Below are positions 50,897 through 64,000 of a DNA stretch of 64,000 nucleotides, one piece after another; the stretch's first letter is position 1; each line of letters begins with the position of its first letter. Under the pieces are notes generated by a model. That model saw only the letters and a program-made list of their open reading frames with translations. It searched no databases and was not told the DNA's origin. This DNA comes from Felis catus (lineage: Eukaryota): contig NC_058368.1 of the NCBI RefSeq assembly GCF_018350175.1, forward strand, positions 122,018,001-122,082,000, written 5' to 3'. A program made the position numbers and the translations under genes.

Positions 50897-51141
50897 TTTT
50901 TATTTTGCTTATTTATTTTTAATTTTTTTAATGTTTATTTATTTTTGAGAGAGACAGAGACAGAGAGAGACAGAGCATGAGCGGGGGAGGGGCAGAGAGA
51001 AAGGGAGACATGGAATCCGAATCAGGCTCCAGGCTCTGAGCAGTCAGCACAGAGCTGGACTTGGGGCTCAAACTCACAAACCATGAGATCATGACCTGAG
51101 CCGAAGTCGGACACTTAACCGACTGAGCCACCCAGGTGCCC
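50897..51141 (-). mobile_element. CanSINE with 17-bp TSD
   Basis: TSD ctatctttcccctttta at 50880-50896 and 51142-51158. Confidence 0.96.
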
Positions 51142-52829
51142 CTATCTTTCCCCTTTTAAACTGGGCAAAAAAATAGAATTTGGAAAGGTCATTTGTTGCT
51201 GCTTAAAAGTAACTAGGGTTAAAAACTAGGGTTTTCAAGCACTAAACATGTAAAGCATGTTTTAAATAGATTAAAAGACATAAAATAAAAACCTGCCCTC
51301 CTCCCCAAACTTGCTTCCCTGAGGTGCTCATTGTCAACAACCTGGCATATACAGAAGGCTCTTTGTGCAATGCTCTGCTAACCTTGGTTTTCTCTCTTCC
51401 ACCAATAGATGTTTCTGCCTGGCACTTCATAATAATAATTGTATTTGGTTATCAGTTGTAAAAGCATCAATTCATCATTTCTACTTCCCAAAACACCATC
51501 TGTCTAAACTGGCCCTGTTCGTACCCATGAAAGGAAGAGCAAGTTACAATTTTGCTGGTTCTTCAGCAACTTGATTGGACCAGATGGTTCCTGCGAGGCC
51601 TGCATGATGAACGGAAGGGAAGAGTCATTCCCAAATGCTAGGCTTCGTGAAGATCAGCTAGCAGGCTTTAACCAAATAACAGCTGCCCAAGACATGTTCC
51701 CCAGTGATTCTCACACAGGATGGCTGGAGCGGGCCTCAGGACTCCATGAATACTCTAGCCTGTACAAATGGCCAGCAAGCTCTGGGCCCCAGTGCATTCT
51801 GACATAAGGCCAATGTGCCCAAGGCCTTGAGCTTGGTGCTCTGGTGCCCCCTGTCCTGCCTCCTCTCTACTGCTTCGCCAATTCTTCAGCTGTCAGTCAC
51901 ATTACTTCCTAGCTGAAAAACTCCCAGATGAAATCTAGCAGTGCTCAGTAGGAGGCTCTGTTGTTTTTCATACCTGACCCTCATCAATATGCTAAGAACC
52001 TTCCTTCACACGGGTTAAAATTCAACCAGAGTTTTTTATTCCATTCATCCTATACTTTCTCTGTGCCTATACTCCTATTGTTCTCTTTCCCTGCGGATGC
52101 CTCCTTTCTTACCTGTACTCCTTATATCTGCCTATTTATCCCTGCATCCTCTGAGGTTCACATCAAAAGCCGCCTTGTCCACAAAATCCTTAGTGATCAC
52201 TGCCCACTTCTTGCCTCCTCTTAAGAAAATGGAAGTGATCCTCTAGTCACCCATAACCTATACTTCATTTCTTATATTTATGGCACTCATTTATTTCAAT
52301 CTTGAATTGTGATTTATTGAATATATCTTACATCTCCTACTAGATTATACATCAGTTGATGAATATATTTGAACGAATGACTACATGAATCCACAAATAA
52401 ACATACAAAAGCAAAGAGGGGGAAAGAATGTGGAATAAAAATCATTAGAATGCCACTTGTACCCTCTTCCTCCAAGAAAATATTAAAAACATATAATCCA
52501 CCAGCAGGTGTAGGCACAGGCACAGCTTGGTTGGTGGATTCCTGTCAGCATATTTGACTATGAAGGGACTTAGTTTATCTCCTTTGCTAGTAACTCAGAC
52601 TTATTACTACTTAAAAACTTTCCCCATGGCCCCAGAGCCAGCAGACTACTACCTGGAGGAAAGGTGAGATGCTGCAAGACCATGGGGCTCCTGGAGTAAG
52701 AAACAGGCATTTTGTACATGACCCTTTGGGTGGCTCTGCTATTATCCAATCTGACCAGTGTATACACTGCTGAACACCACACAGAAGCTATTCCTTGGTC
52801 TTGGGTAGGTCCTGCCTGACCGGCCCCCC

Positions 52830-53270
52830 ACTTCTTTCATGGCCTCATGGGATGCCATCCTCTCACCTATTCATGCTCCTCAGACCCACAAACTTTTCTC
52901 CCAACTCATGAGTGTTTTTCCACCTCACGGCCTTACTTTATGCTACTCCCTCTACCTAGCATGACTGTTCCACTCGCAAGCCTTAGCCTAAAGGTTGCTT
53001 CCTCAGGAAAGTCTTCCCGGATCTCACAAAACTAAGTCAGATTATCCCAGCACAGTTTGTAATGATTCTGTTAGAAAGGAGCCTTCAGACTTGGAGTAGA
53101 TATTCCTTCTATGACTACTTGATCAAGAGTTTTCTTTCTCACTAGATTTCAAACTCCATGAGGGCAGGAAAAGAAGCTTTCTTATTTAGCTACTATATAT
53201 TCCTAGCACCTGGCAAGGTCATGTAATGGCACATGTGATGTCTAAATAATATATAGTGAATAAATGAGCT
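52830..53270 (+). mobile_element. L2 3' fragment
   Basis: 'cttcctcaggaaagtcttccc...actagatttcaaactccatgagggcagg...cctagcacctggc...gtgaataaatga'. Confidence 0.7.
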
Positions 53271-53479
53271 GAAATCCAAGGCCATCCAACTGTGCTAAAA
53301 AAAAAATAGGTATAGAAAAATCTTGGAGACTTCTACAAAGCCTCCAACTCAGTCTCGGCTCCCTTTACTTGGTTGATGGATATTTTCTACTAATCCTCAG
53401 TTCACAGATTTATAAACCACCATGCTTTTACTGAAAATATGTTACAGAATAATCACCAGTATCAGCCTCATTGTTTCAA

Positions 53480-53800
53480 AGGAACACACGTATTTTGAGT
53501 GCCTACTATGTGCAGGTACTATCCCCCATGCATCTTCGGGTAATGTGATGTTTTCAGTAACCCAATCAAGTTTTTTCATTATTTTTACTTTACAGATGAG
53601 AAATCTGAGAGCCAGATAAACTAATTTACTTGGCCAAGATCACAGAACAAGTAGGGGCAGGAATCTAACAATGTTCAACAGGTAGTCAGTGGAAAGGATG
53701 CTGACCTGGAAATCACGAGATGGGAATTTTACTCCATCTTCTGCCACTAATTCCTTGGGTGACCTTGAGCCAAGCATGTTATCTCTGAGTTTTGACTTTG
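53480..53800. mobile_element. MIR fragments
   Basis: 'tttgagtgcctactatgtgcagg', 'ttttactttacagatgagaaatctgag' and 'ctgccactaattccttgggtgaccttgagc'. Confidence 0.75.
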
Positions 53801-55923
53801 CTGTATATAGGAATAATATCTGAAGATGAAGTGAGACCAGGCCTCACAAGTTTCTGAATAGGAAGCAAGTACAGCATGCTATAAAGAGCAATTATCCCAC
53901 CGCATTCCCCCTACCCTCAAGAACCAACAGATGGCCTTCTCCTCATTGGAAAATCAAACACTCCTACCAAGGTCAGTTGTGCCTACAAATCATTGTAGGC
54001 TTTCTTTTCCTGCACAAAATCTCCAGCTGGAAATCAGCTCTAATTCTTCCTCTTGCTCAGTCCTTGCTCTGAATAACATATTTCGAAAATGAACTATTTT
54101 GGGCCAAGAAATCTGTAAGTTGGAGCTGATTCATCACTTTCACCATCAGGCTCTTGCTCTCTTGCTTCTTCTGTTTTGTCAGATGAAGGCATTTTATCTT
54201 CACAAACAATTTCTCAGTGGGCTACAAGGAGAGGTCTCCTCTTGTCATGATATAATTCTTTGCAAAAGATTAAAAACATGAGGACAGACAGAGTTTAAAG
54301 AAAGAAATCTGAAGTAAATAAAATATTGGGGTGGGATGGGGGTAGGTGGATAGAAACATAATCATAGCAGAACCAGAATGGATCACACCATGGCACTTGC
54401 CCCTGAATGTGCTGGTTCCAAGTGTCAATTCATAATTGTCTCAATTAACACAAGAATAAGGAGATAAAGAATATTTCAGAAAATGCACTATTTAAAAACC
54501 AGCTCTAACTGGCATCTAACTCTTCCCTATAAGTTTACCTTTCTCACTATGCTTTTCTTGGATAAATATGTACTAAAATGAATTTGCTTTGAGGGAATAT
54601 GGAAATGTCCTTAAAAATATGGTAAGTAGAATGGAACAGCCCGTTTAAGAATAAAAATGACTGCCATGGATGCTCATTTGTGGATAATTGAGAAGCGGCA
54701 TGTTTTCTTTTCTTAGGGGCACATAATACTCCTGCAAAAAACCTCCTATGTTCACTTTTTTAGATACTGTGTAAGAGAGCATTGTGATCACAAAAATATA
54801 CCACTGCACTATCAGATGGGAAAGGCCATACTGTGTGGTAACCTTTCCTCCCCATTACTTTGCCTCTAGGTTCTACCTTCTCTGAGTTCTGGATCATTAC
54901 ATAGCATCGCTAACTCTAGCATCTCCCTGTGGATGTCAGTCTGCTCAGACTCACTGAGTCCAAATTTACCTCCACCTCCTCCATTCTCCAAATCCGCCTC
55001 TGCTCCCACTTTTCCTTTATTTAAGTTCCTAGGACTCTGCACACCATTGCCGAGCTAGAGACTCGGGATTCACTTTGCATACCTCTCCCAGCTGCACCTT
55101 GATGTAGACAGAAGTACTACTGATCCTATTTCTAAAATAACGTTCCATAAGTCTCCTCTCACTCACTCCATACCCTCTATGCTTCCTTCATTCTGGCCAC
55201 ACACCATCTCTTACCTGGATTAGTGAACTAGCCCCTTACCAGGTCTCTGTTCTCTGTCATTCCAGCTACTAGACAGGGTCATATTCCTAGTCACATCCTG
55301 CATTCTCACCATGTCACATACCACACAATCTCTCCACACACCATAAAAATCCAGAGACAAGAAAACATATACAAATACACACATACCCTCCCTCCCTCCC
55401 TCTCCCTTCCTCTCTCTCTCCCCCCTTCTCTCCGACACCCCCCCCCTCAAATCCACAAACAATACCTATGTACACAGTAATAAAAGGGCACACATTCTCC
55501 CATGATACTAGGTTGCCTACCCCTCTCTTGCATTTCCAGATCTCTGCTTGGGATACTCTTTCCTCCTAAGATGTCCTTCCTTGACCATCACACCACCTAT
55601 TAACGTCCCTTGAAACTCTTATCCTTCCAGATCAAATTCAAAGCACCCCTCCTCTATGAAACCAGCTAAACTTGTCCCCCCTGTCCCCCCAACTCCTTCT
55701 CCATGCTGTCAGATCGCTCTGTACATACATATCCCAATGTACAAAGTTTGTTAGTCTGCCCTCCATAGGGGGTCATTGAAATCCTAAAAGGCAGAAGAAT
55801 ATAACATTTCAGCATGAGCTTCAGAGGCAAACAGATCTGGGCTGAAATCCCAGCCATCTCTTACCAGCTTGGGAAAGTAAATTCTGAGCCCTCATCCTCT
55901 CATTTCAAAAATAGAAATAATCC

Positions 55924-56034
55924 ATGACTATACTTATCATGAGCATTGAGTAGTGTGCAGAATTGTCAAATCACTGTATTGTTCACTGAAAACTAATAAA
56001 ACATGGTATGCCAACTATGCTTCAATAACAAAAT
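55924..56034 (+). mobile_element. Severely 5'-truncated L1 3' end (~110 bp, carnivore L1/L1MA9-like) inserted in a MIR
   Basis: 'atgagcattgagtagtgtgcagaattgtcaaatcactgtattgttcactgaaaactaataaaac'; TSD aaaaatagaaataatcc (55907-55923) / aaaaatagagataatcc (56035-56051). Confidence 0.8.
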
Positions 56035-56634
56035 AAAAATAGAGATAATCCCAGCACTAATGTGAAGAGGTTGGAATCAGAAGTCAATGAAAAAGCACAC
56101 AGTATCCAGCACCTACTTAAAACTTAATAAAATGGCAACCATTATTATTAAAATTTTTTAGATCTCTTCTGTCCTATACTCAACAAATGTTTAGGTGCAT
56201 GAATAGATTTAGCTTTCGGCTCCTTCAACTTCATAAAAAGTATATTCAAGTGCACTGTCACACCAGAGCTTCCCAACATTTAGGCAAGGCAAACCAAAGA
56301 GGTATTAATATCCCTATTTCACTCATGGGTAAATACAGAATGAGAACATAAGTAACTTTGCCCAGGACACAGAGCAGGGCAGTGGCCCTGGTGAGACTAG
56401 AACTCTACCTTCCAATGTTATATTACAGGTATAACATCATCTCACATTTTAGACAGTGAGTTCATCTAAAAATGGCATGTCTATCCAGACATTTGCACTA
56501 TGCTGGGTAATTTTTTTAATCCTTATTTTATAAGAAAATTAATTTCTAAAATAACAAATCTGTAAGATCCAGAACAAGAACTGCCTTCCCAAATTAGAGC
56601 AGAGCTTTGCAAATGAAAATGCAAATTTGAAAAA

Positions 56635-57220
56635 TGGATCTTTTGGAAAGCATAAATCAAATTATGTCATTCCCTTGCTTCTAAGCCTCCAATAACTTCA
56701 CACTGCCCTCAGAATAAAATCATTCTCCCTGTCATGGCCTCTAGGCATCTACATGGTCTGGATCGTGTCTACCTCTCCTGTTACTCTTTCTTTATTCATT
56801 ATGTTCAGGTTGCATTGGCCTTCTGTTCCTCATACTCTCTAAGCTCATTACTGCCTCAGGAACTTTGTATTTGCTGTTTCCTTTCAGAGAGTCCTCATTC
56901 TCTAGATTTTTCCCATCTTGGTTCCATTTTGTTATTTAAGTCTTAGTGTCAAGACCTTCTTTGTCTACTTTATCTAATGTTGGTCTCCACTGTCCTCAGT
57001 CTCTAATACAATCATTAACTCACTCTAATCTCTTTCTACCATTTATCACCATATAAAATTCTTATTTACTTTTTGGATCCTACCTCCCTGAGAATACAAT
57101 GCCCAACGGAACAGGAAGAGACCATATTTATCTTGCTCACTACTTTTATCTTTAACACCTAGAATAGTGCCTGTTACATAGTAGGTATTCAGTAAACATT
57201 TGCAAAATGGATAAATGGGT
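56635..57220 (+). mobile_element. L2 3' fragment
   Basis: 'atgtcattcccttgctt...cagaataaaatc...tgcctcaggaactttg...acctagaatagtgcctgttacatagtaggtattcagtaaacatttg'. Confidence 0.85.
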
Positions 57221-58543
57221 AAGCTTCTTTCATCACCAGTAAAATACCAGGAAAGATCTTTCTATGCATTTGCAATCTAGACTGATTAAAAATTCTTGAA
57301 ACTAAAAGCAACACAGTCCCCAAAATGAGAACCATAGGAATATGTGAGCCAACACTAATCATCACCCTTATGTCTTTCAGAACAAAGGACTCTTGTTTTT
57401 ATTTATGTCCAAGGAGAACTAAGTCTTTTGGCAAAGGAAACTGGAGACACTCCCTCCATTTGAACCAAGAGGTCACACATGCTTCTTCTTCAACTTGGAG
57501 CCCAATTCCCTGGTCTGGTTTCAATCTGGAGATTTTATCTGACAGCTAGCAGGTTACTGCTTATAGTGGACTTGCTCTGTTGTTAGAGAGTTAACTTATA
57601 GGACATGCCACATGAAGAGCAAAATGTGGATCAAGAGGGAAAGGAGGATATTTCAAGTATTTTAATATCCAGGATTAAATTGAGAATGATGTGGAAACTT
57701 CATTTCTAATGTTATACTGCCTAATCCACTTGAAAGTTAAAAATCCTGAAAAGTGATTTAATTAGCCGTGACAAATATGCATTCTTCTCAAGGAGAAGGA
57801 TGAGATGATTCTTCTCCCTATTCTCCTGAATTTTCCTCCTAATAACATGAAAAAAAAAAAAAAACAACCAGTATCCTCAGCTCCCCTGTAACCTACCACT
57901 GTGACCATAAAACCAGCAGAACAGAAGTCTCTATTGCCTCATTTCAGGTTAATTTTAGAAAGCAAAGTTGGAAAAGACTCAATCAAATTTATGCTGAAAT
58001 AATCCTTGGTTACAAGTAGGCAAGGACTATCAGAAAGGTTAGGGCTGTATCTCTGGCTATATTGGTGCACATGTGAAGTGAATCCAGACACAAATTTCCA
58101 ACAAATTCCATTTTCCTCTTCCTCATTTTTAAACAGCTGAGCCACATATTTTTCTTTATCAGATGCCACAGAATCTACAGAAAGCAATATTTGGATTGGA
58201 TATTTTAATTATGTCAACCGTAGTATGAGTATAATTTGCTATGAAGATCAAAAAGCTTATTGAACGTGAGGTTATTTGTTACAAAAGCTTAGAACATAGT
58301 CTCATCCTCTCATCCCAGTTTTAAAAATCAAATAGAGTTTAATGACATAAAAAAAAAACATAAAAGGGAATGTGCCCAAATTTGTGCCCAGAAATCACAA
58401 TGCCTCAGATTATGCTCCTCATGGATGTTCCTTAAGGCCAGTCAGGGCATATACTGCTTGTTTAGCACTGTGTTCTACTTTCTCTCATTTATGAATCAGC
58501 TCTTGGACTTCGTAGGTCCCTTCTTCAAAAACTATAGGACTAT

Positions 58544-58765
58544 GGGGCGCCTGGGTGGCTCAGTCATTTGAGCGTCCGACTTCAGCTCAGGTCATGATCT
58601 CGCGGTTTGTGAGTTCAAGCCCCACGTCGGGCTCTGTGCTGACAGCTCAGAGCCTGAAGCCTGCTTTGGATTCTGTGTCTCCCTCTCTCTGCCCCTCCCC
58701 CGCTTGCAATCTGTGTCGCTCTCATTCTCTTTCTTGTAAATAAATATTAAATTTTTTTTTAAAAA
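58544..58765 (+). mobile_element. CanSINE
   Basis: Head ggggcgcctgggtggctcagtc; diverged TSD aaaactataggact / aaagctacaggatt. Confidence 0.95.
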
Positions 58766-60380
58766 AGCTACAGGATTAACATGTATGGGTTTCCATTTGG
58801 TCCCTATCATCACAGAGGGGAGTTAATCATACACTGAAGAAAAAGCACTGAGTAAAAGGGGAAAGGAGGAATGTACGTTAAAAAAAAGAAGACTCATGAA
58901 ACTCAACTGTGGTAATTATTGAAATGGGCTTTCACAGAGATGGCAGGGAAGCTGTATGAAGGCACTTCACAGTAATTAATTGAGCCTCTCCTCATTCTAA
59001 ATTGAGAAAAATAAAAAAAATCAATAATTCCAAATGTGTCATACTTATTGACACTAATGAAACTTCCTGAATAAGCATTTAATGCAACTCCACTGCTATT
59101 TTAAATTTACGTTCCTCACTGAGTGAACATTACAAGGTCAGGTCAGCTCCCCTGGGCTTCGCAGAGCTGATGCTATCAGACAGCACTTTGCTCAAGCTGT
59201 ATATGGAACAACCCTTTAGAGAGTTGCTGAGCTGTCCCCGGTGCTGAAAAAAGCTGCTCTTTCCCCTTTGGTTCAGCAGGAGACATATACGCAGAAATGA
59301 CATGGTATCTCATAGTGCACTTACCCACATGTCCATGTTTATTTGGAAGAAAACAACCAGATCCTCCCAATACTCTGATTTCCTAGAAAGCTTTAGTTTC
59401 ATTAGGCTATCTTGGTCAAGTCTCTCATTTTACTCTTATTTCTTTCAAATAATCATATTGAGGTATATTAATTTGTACTTGCCTGCACTTTTCTTTGTAA
59501 TGTAAGTATTCTAGCTCCAAATAAAGTGTAAGCACAAAAGTTGTGGAAATATTTATGGACTTGTTGGAATACGTGGTTTCAAATTTGGCTCCACTACTTA
59601 TTAGCTGGGTAGTTTGGCTAAGTTAAGTTACTCTCTGGTCAGTTCCCTTCTGTGTGAAAACAGGTGAGTATCACCCACTCACTAACTTTTGGGGAGGGTC
59701 AAAGGCAACAGGGTATTTCAAAGTACTCTTCAAATTATAACATACTAGAAAAATTGTAAGCATTTACCATATCAAAAAGTTTTAACTTTTTTTCTGTATC
59801 ACAGATATTTTGACACAGTGCTCACAATTAAAGTTTTGTTGTCTCTTTCAATTCAGAACAGGTCTATGAAAATTAAAATTCCATCTCATGCTTGGGGAAT
59901 CTTAGGAGATAAGAAATGTACAAAGAGAATGACTTGTTAGAAGCAGAGAAAGTTGGAAACTGTGAAATTCAGACTCCACTTAATCACTGAAAATTTGACA
60001 TCCAAATTTGCAGGCATCTCCTGGCTCAACATCATCTCTTTTCTAGTACTTAGTATTCACTGAAACAATGCCCCCAGTTAGCATGCTGTGTAAGCATAGA
60101 TTATCTAATTTAATCTGAATATTCACATTTTGTGGATAAAATCACTTATTTGGAATTAAATAACCTTACCAAGTCAAGAAAAAGTGACAGAGTCAACATT
60201 TAAAACCAGGTTATTCTGCATCCAAAGCTTATTCTCTTAGTCATCATGTCCACAAACCCCTAAATCTGATGGGTCCTTTAGATGTAGATTAACTTAGAAG
60301 TTGTCCAGAATTTCTAGAGTCTCATCCTGGATCAGAACTCTTAAGAGTATGTTATCTAACATATTAGAAGCCATAATGAA

Positions 60381-60580
60381 GGAGTGCCTGGATGGCTCAG
60401 TCGGTTGAGGGTCTGACTCTTGATGTGGATTCAGGTCATGATCTCAGGGTGGTGGGATCTAGCCCTGCATGGGGATCTGTGCTAAGCATGGAGCCTGCTT
60501 AAGATTCTTCCTCTCTCTCCATGCCCCTCTACCCTGCTCATGCACCCTCTCTCTCTAAAGTAAAGATTAAAAATTAAAAA
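60381..60580 (+). mobile_element. CanSINE (older)
   Basis: Head ggagtgcctggatggctcagtcgg; diverged TSD agaagccataatgaa / agaaaccacaatgaa. Confidence 0.92.
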
Positions 60581-62809
60581 AGAAACCACAATGAAAACAA
60601 TTTTTTTGGAGCAAGGGATAAATGGAAATTTACTGTAACCTTCGCCTTGTGAATTCTAACTTGATGTAAATACCCTTGATTATATGATGCAACAAATCAG
60701 AAGGGGAATAAACTAGAATCACAAGAGCATTGACTTACAAATGACCAATTCAGCATCATCAAACCAATTAGAAGTTATTGCCCTGCATTATAAAGGAATA
60801 CAAATAAGATGTACATTGTTGGGGTTTTTTTTTTTTTGTTTTTTTCTACTAGAACTCAAAACTTATCAACTTTAATGATTGTATTATTTTAAAATTGCAT
60901 TCATTGTGCAATTCCTTCTCCTTCTATTTAAATCCTTTCCTTTCTTAAACATCTAGTTGGTATTCTCCTTCCTCCATGAATATTCACATATAGTTCCAAC
61001 TCACAGTAATTTCACCTTTCTCTGTATTTATATCACTTCTGCCTGTATCAAACATTCCTCAGTAAATCACCTGCTGTCCTGGGGTGGCTCTCCACTTTCT
61101 CACACATCTATTTAATATATATTAATTAACAAGATAAAATTAATACATTTATACTTTATTTCTCCAATCTCAGTGGAGACTGATTCATAGTAGGTGCTTA
61201 CTATTTGAACGGAATTTGGTACTTACTATATACTTCAATGAAATTGCTTGCTGAATTTCTGATTTTACCTAAACTCTTGTGGTTCCCATTAGGTCCAGAA
61301 AGTTGGGCCTATTTTTTCTGTCATACTCGGTAATGCATCCTTTGTGCCAAACATATCACAGGAGCTTATATATATAATTGGGGTAAATGAAGTAAGGAAT
61401 AAATGAGTTAGCTAAATTGACAGAGATTATCATCTCACAATGAATGCCCACACCCACAACCCTACTCCAAAAGTTATTTGTAGCAAATTTCAAATCTAGT
61501 TCAAGTGGATAAATTATGTTCCTGAATGAATTTATCTTATTTGACAGGAGAGTCACTTTCAAAGAACCATAGGAGGTAAATGCTTGGAAATTCTGTTCCC
61601 TGGTATGTAAAGAAAAGGGTATTATGAATCATAAAAACTTACAAGGGAATAAAGGAGAAAGGGCACCTAGAATACTTCAATTATTTTCTAAATATTTTTT
61701 ATCAAGAAAATATTGGGGCACTGCACTTTCGCACAGAGCTGAAAAGGAATTTGTATGAACCCTTTTCAAAGGCATGCAAGATGTCTTAACTCCATATATT
61801 TACACATTTATTCAATAATATTTACTGCAGTAGATGCTAGGGTTAGACAAGTGAACAAAAACATTATGTTTTTGACCTCATAGAACCTACATTCTAACAC
61901 ATAATGAGAAAATAAATCTCTTTCTGTTTCATTTATACAATAAGTATAGATAAAGAATCAATGCTATACACAGCATTGGGTTTTTACTTTCTTGGCCTTG
62001 CTGCATCTCTGATGTTACTGAGTGTAGAACAGATGACACAATCAGTTAATCTGATTTAATAAATCCTTTAATTCTCTTGGTAAATACTAGAAAAGCAAGG
62101 GGATCATGGAGAAGGAGGGTCCAGAAATAGACTTTAATCCCTTTTTCCATCATCTTCCTATACTCTTAAGTAGAAATACTGAGACAGTTCCTTAAGAGAG
62201 AGCAATCTCTTCCTTGCTTAGCGGAAAAAGAATCAGGAGTTTCCATTGGATATATTTGGAGTGTGTATGCCTAATAGTCAAGGATGCTTCCTTTCATGGT
62301 GGGTATCCTGGCTCCTTCAACGTTCAGAGTTCAAGGGGTTAAGGAGCAACCCTTTCCTGGCATCAACATGCAGATCTCCATGGATTCAATAATCCATGAT
62401 GCACAGTCTCTGGTTCAAAGTTTTTTTTCCCCTCTTTTCTTTGTTGTGAAGGGATTTTCAAATAGACCCTCAAGTTAAGCATTACTTTTTTCTCAACTAA
62501 GACATTCTCTTGCAATTTCACATGTAGTGTTTGGATTAATACTACAGATTCATACAACATCCTATGGGAGAAACTTAAGTATCAAAACCCCAATCAATGA
62601 GTGACATCCACAAACTAAAATCAGGGGCTGATGCATTGCTTTAAAAATGTTCCTTATTTATAGAGAGCTTAATTGCATTAAGTGCCAAAGAATGTACTGC
62701 TTTCTTTGTAATGAGTTTTTATGGTCTTAGTCTTTGGAAGCTCAGATTCCATCTGTGACAGCAGACTGTGGTAGAGTTCGGCTATTAATAGCTGCTGGTA
62801 CACACTTAC

Positions 62810-62869
62810 TCACAGCTAAGAGGCCCAGGGCTGTAGAGACAGCCAGATGGAGATAATACCACAGGGTGA
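62810..62869 (-). other. Possible small minus-strand exon (60 nt, or 56 nt with the alternative donor)
   Basis: Minus strand reads ctttttgtccatacag|TCACCCTG...TTAGCTGTGA|gtaagt, with an alternative donor GCT|gtgagt. Open in two frames; peptide not recognised. Confidence 0.25.
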
Positions 62870-63536
62870 CTGTATGGACAAAAAGATGATCCATTTTTTT
62901 TTTCCAACACAAAACAGACAACACTAAAAACATGACAATCCTGTTTTATTGCAAGCCAAACCCTCTGAGGAATTTTTTTTCTCCTTTCTAATTCTCAGGA
63001 CTCGTTCTAAATCACATGTGATTTATCACTGTTTCTGTTGTTCAAATAACTCCTTACATAGGTTACAAAGACAAAAACATCCAGATGGGTTAACAGCCCA
63101 GATTTACTAAAATGAAATCCTGATACAGAAATCCTGTTTCCTGATACAGAAAATCAGGAACAAAACAATTTGGCAGCTACTCAAGGAAAAAAAATAAACT
63201 TTGATACTGGACAGTCTTCTGAATCAGAAATATTTTCCCTTACACAGAAAAAAGGCCAAAAAATGGCATAACACATCAGATATTTCTGGATACAAAGAAT
63301 AGATTCTCCCCACCCAAAACTGCTTACTGTGATCTATCTAATATTATTATGGTCTTAATTCATCTTTATTTTAAAGACAATAAGAAAATATACTGGAACA
63401 CAAGAGTGACACAGCTACCATACTTAACATTGTCATGATTCTTGGGGGCTGAAGTTTTATAGATACCAATCCTTCTTCTTTTTTTTTTTTTAATTTGTAG
63501 TAATCTGTAGGGTGAATAAGGGGAAAAACTATTTCC

Positions 63537-63568
63537 CCTAAATTATATTTTGCCTAAATTATATTTTG
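63537..63568. repeat. Perfect 16-bp tandem duplication
   Basis: cctaaattatattttg twice in tandem. Confidence 0.9.
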
Positions 63569-64000
63569 GTGGTATTGCACAATATGTGGGTTTTATGTTT
63601 TCTAAGTAAGGATAGATTAATAGGAATGTTCACACACAATGGAAAATGATACCGTTAAAAATTGGGCAAGGGATCACCACATCATCCTGTTCAGTCTACA
63701 ACATGGGTAGAATCACATTGTTCTCATGAAGACAAGCACAGCTAAAATCAAGAGGCACAGCCTCAGCTAAGAACTTGGCTCTGTTCTCACACTTTGAGGA
63801 AATTCCAGGCAAACAGGGATAGTTAATTAAGCACCCTATTTCATAGAGATAAGAAAGAGATACCTGATTTCATAGAGATATCATACAGGTACCACATTTA
63901 ATAGGGATACCATGAAAAAATCCTGAAAATTAGACAAGCAAAGCCAAACTATACAGAAGAGACAAAGGTGGCCGGTTCAAACAGATGGTTAAGGGATCTG

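Noticed and set aside
25907..58542. Identical 15-mer aaaactataggacta at 25907-25921 and 58528-58542, both next to SINEs
   Set aside because: A few exact AT-rich 15-mer matches are expected by chance in 64 kb, and the similarity does not extend.
1589..58813. Recurrent peptides such as MAQSVKCPTSAQVMIS...SGSVLTAQSLEPASDSVSPSLSAPP that look like a protein family
   Set aside because: Each coincides with a CanSINE copy; they are translations of the repeat.
59319..59390. Minus-strand donor TGG|gtaagt with a possible 58-nt exon
   Set aside because: The acceptor (aaagctttctag) has almost no pyrimidine tract and the peptides are unrecognised.
1..64000. tRNA genes, CRISPR arrays, prokaryotic or viral systems, NUMT, and host-gene identity
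   Set aside because: tRNA-like A/B boxes all belong to SINE heads; there is no regularly spaced repeat-spacer array, operon-like ORF density, retroviral coding sequence or mitochondrial-like segment; no exon was recognisable enough to name a gene.

Overview
This is mammalian, non-coding genomic DNA from a carnivore, almost certainly a felid: it holds about 25 tRNA-derived CanSINEs, two of them near-pristine copies of the young cat SINEC_Fc type. I find no recognisable protein-coding exon, RNA gene, CpG-island promoter or prokaryotic-type system. The ORF track is explained by SINE, L1 and L2 sequence or by chance. The window reads as the interior of a very large intron or a gene desert, and I cannot name the host gene. 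It contains a ~3 kb decayed L1MB-type element (15.2-18.2 kb), many ancient L2, MIR, MER5/MER3, CR1 and MaLR/ERVL remnants, and several repeat-free blocks with enhancer-like motif clusters. The best leads are: an unexplained diverged duplicate (20.4 kb vs 23.7 kb), a RUNX/ETS/GATA/E-box cluster (25.4-25.6 kb), a K50-homeodomain site cluster (13.9-14.9 kb), a CpG-retaining unique block (20.0-20.3 kb), two possible small minus-strand exons and very recent SINE insertions. Repeat subfamily names come from remembered consensus sequences, and boundaries of old repeats are approximate. I do not see convincing evidence for a novel biological system.
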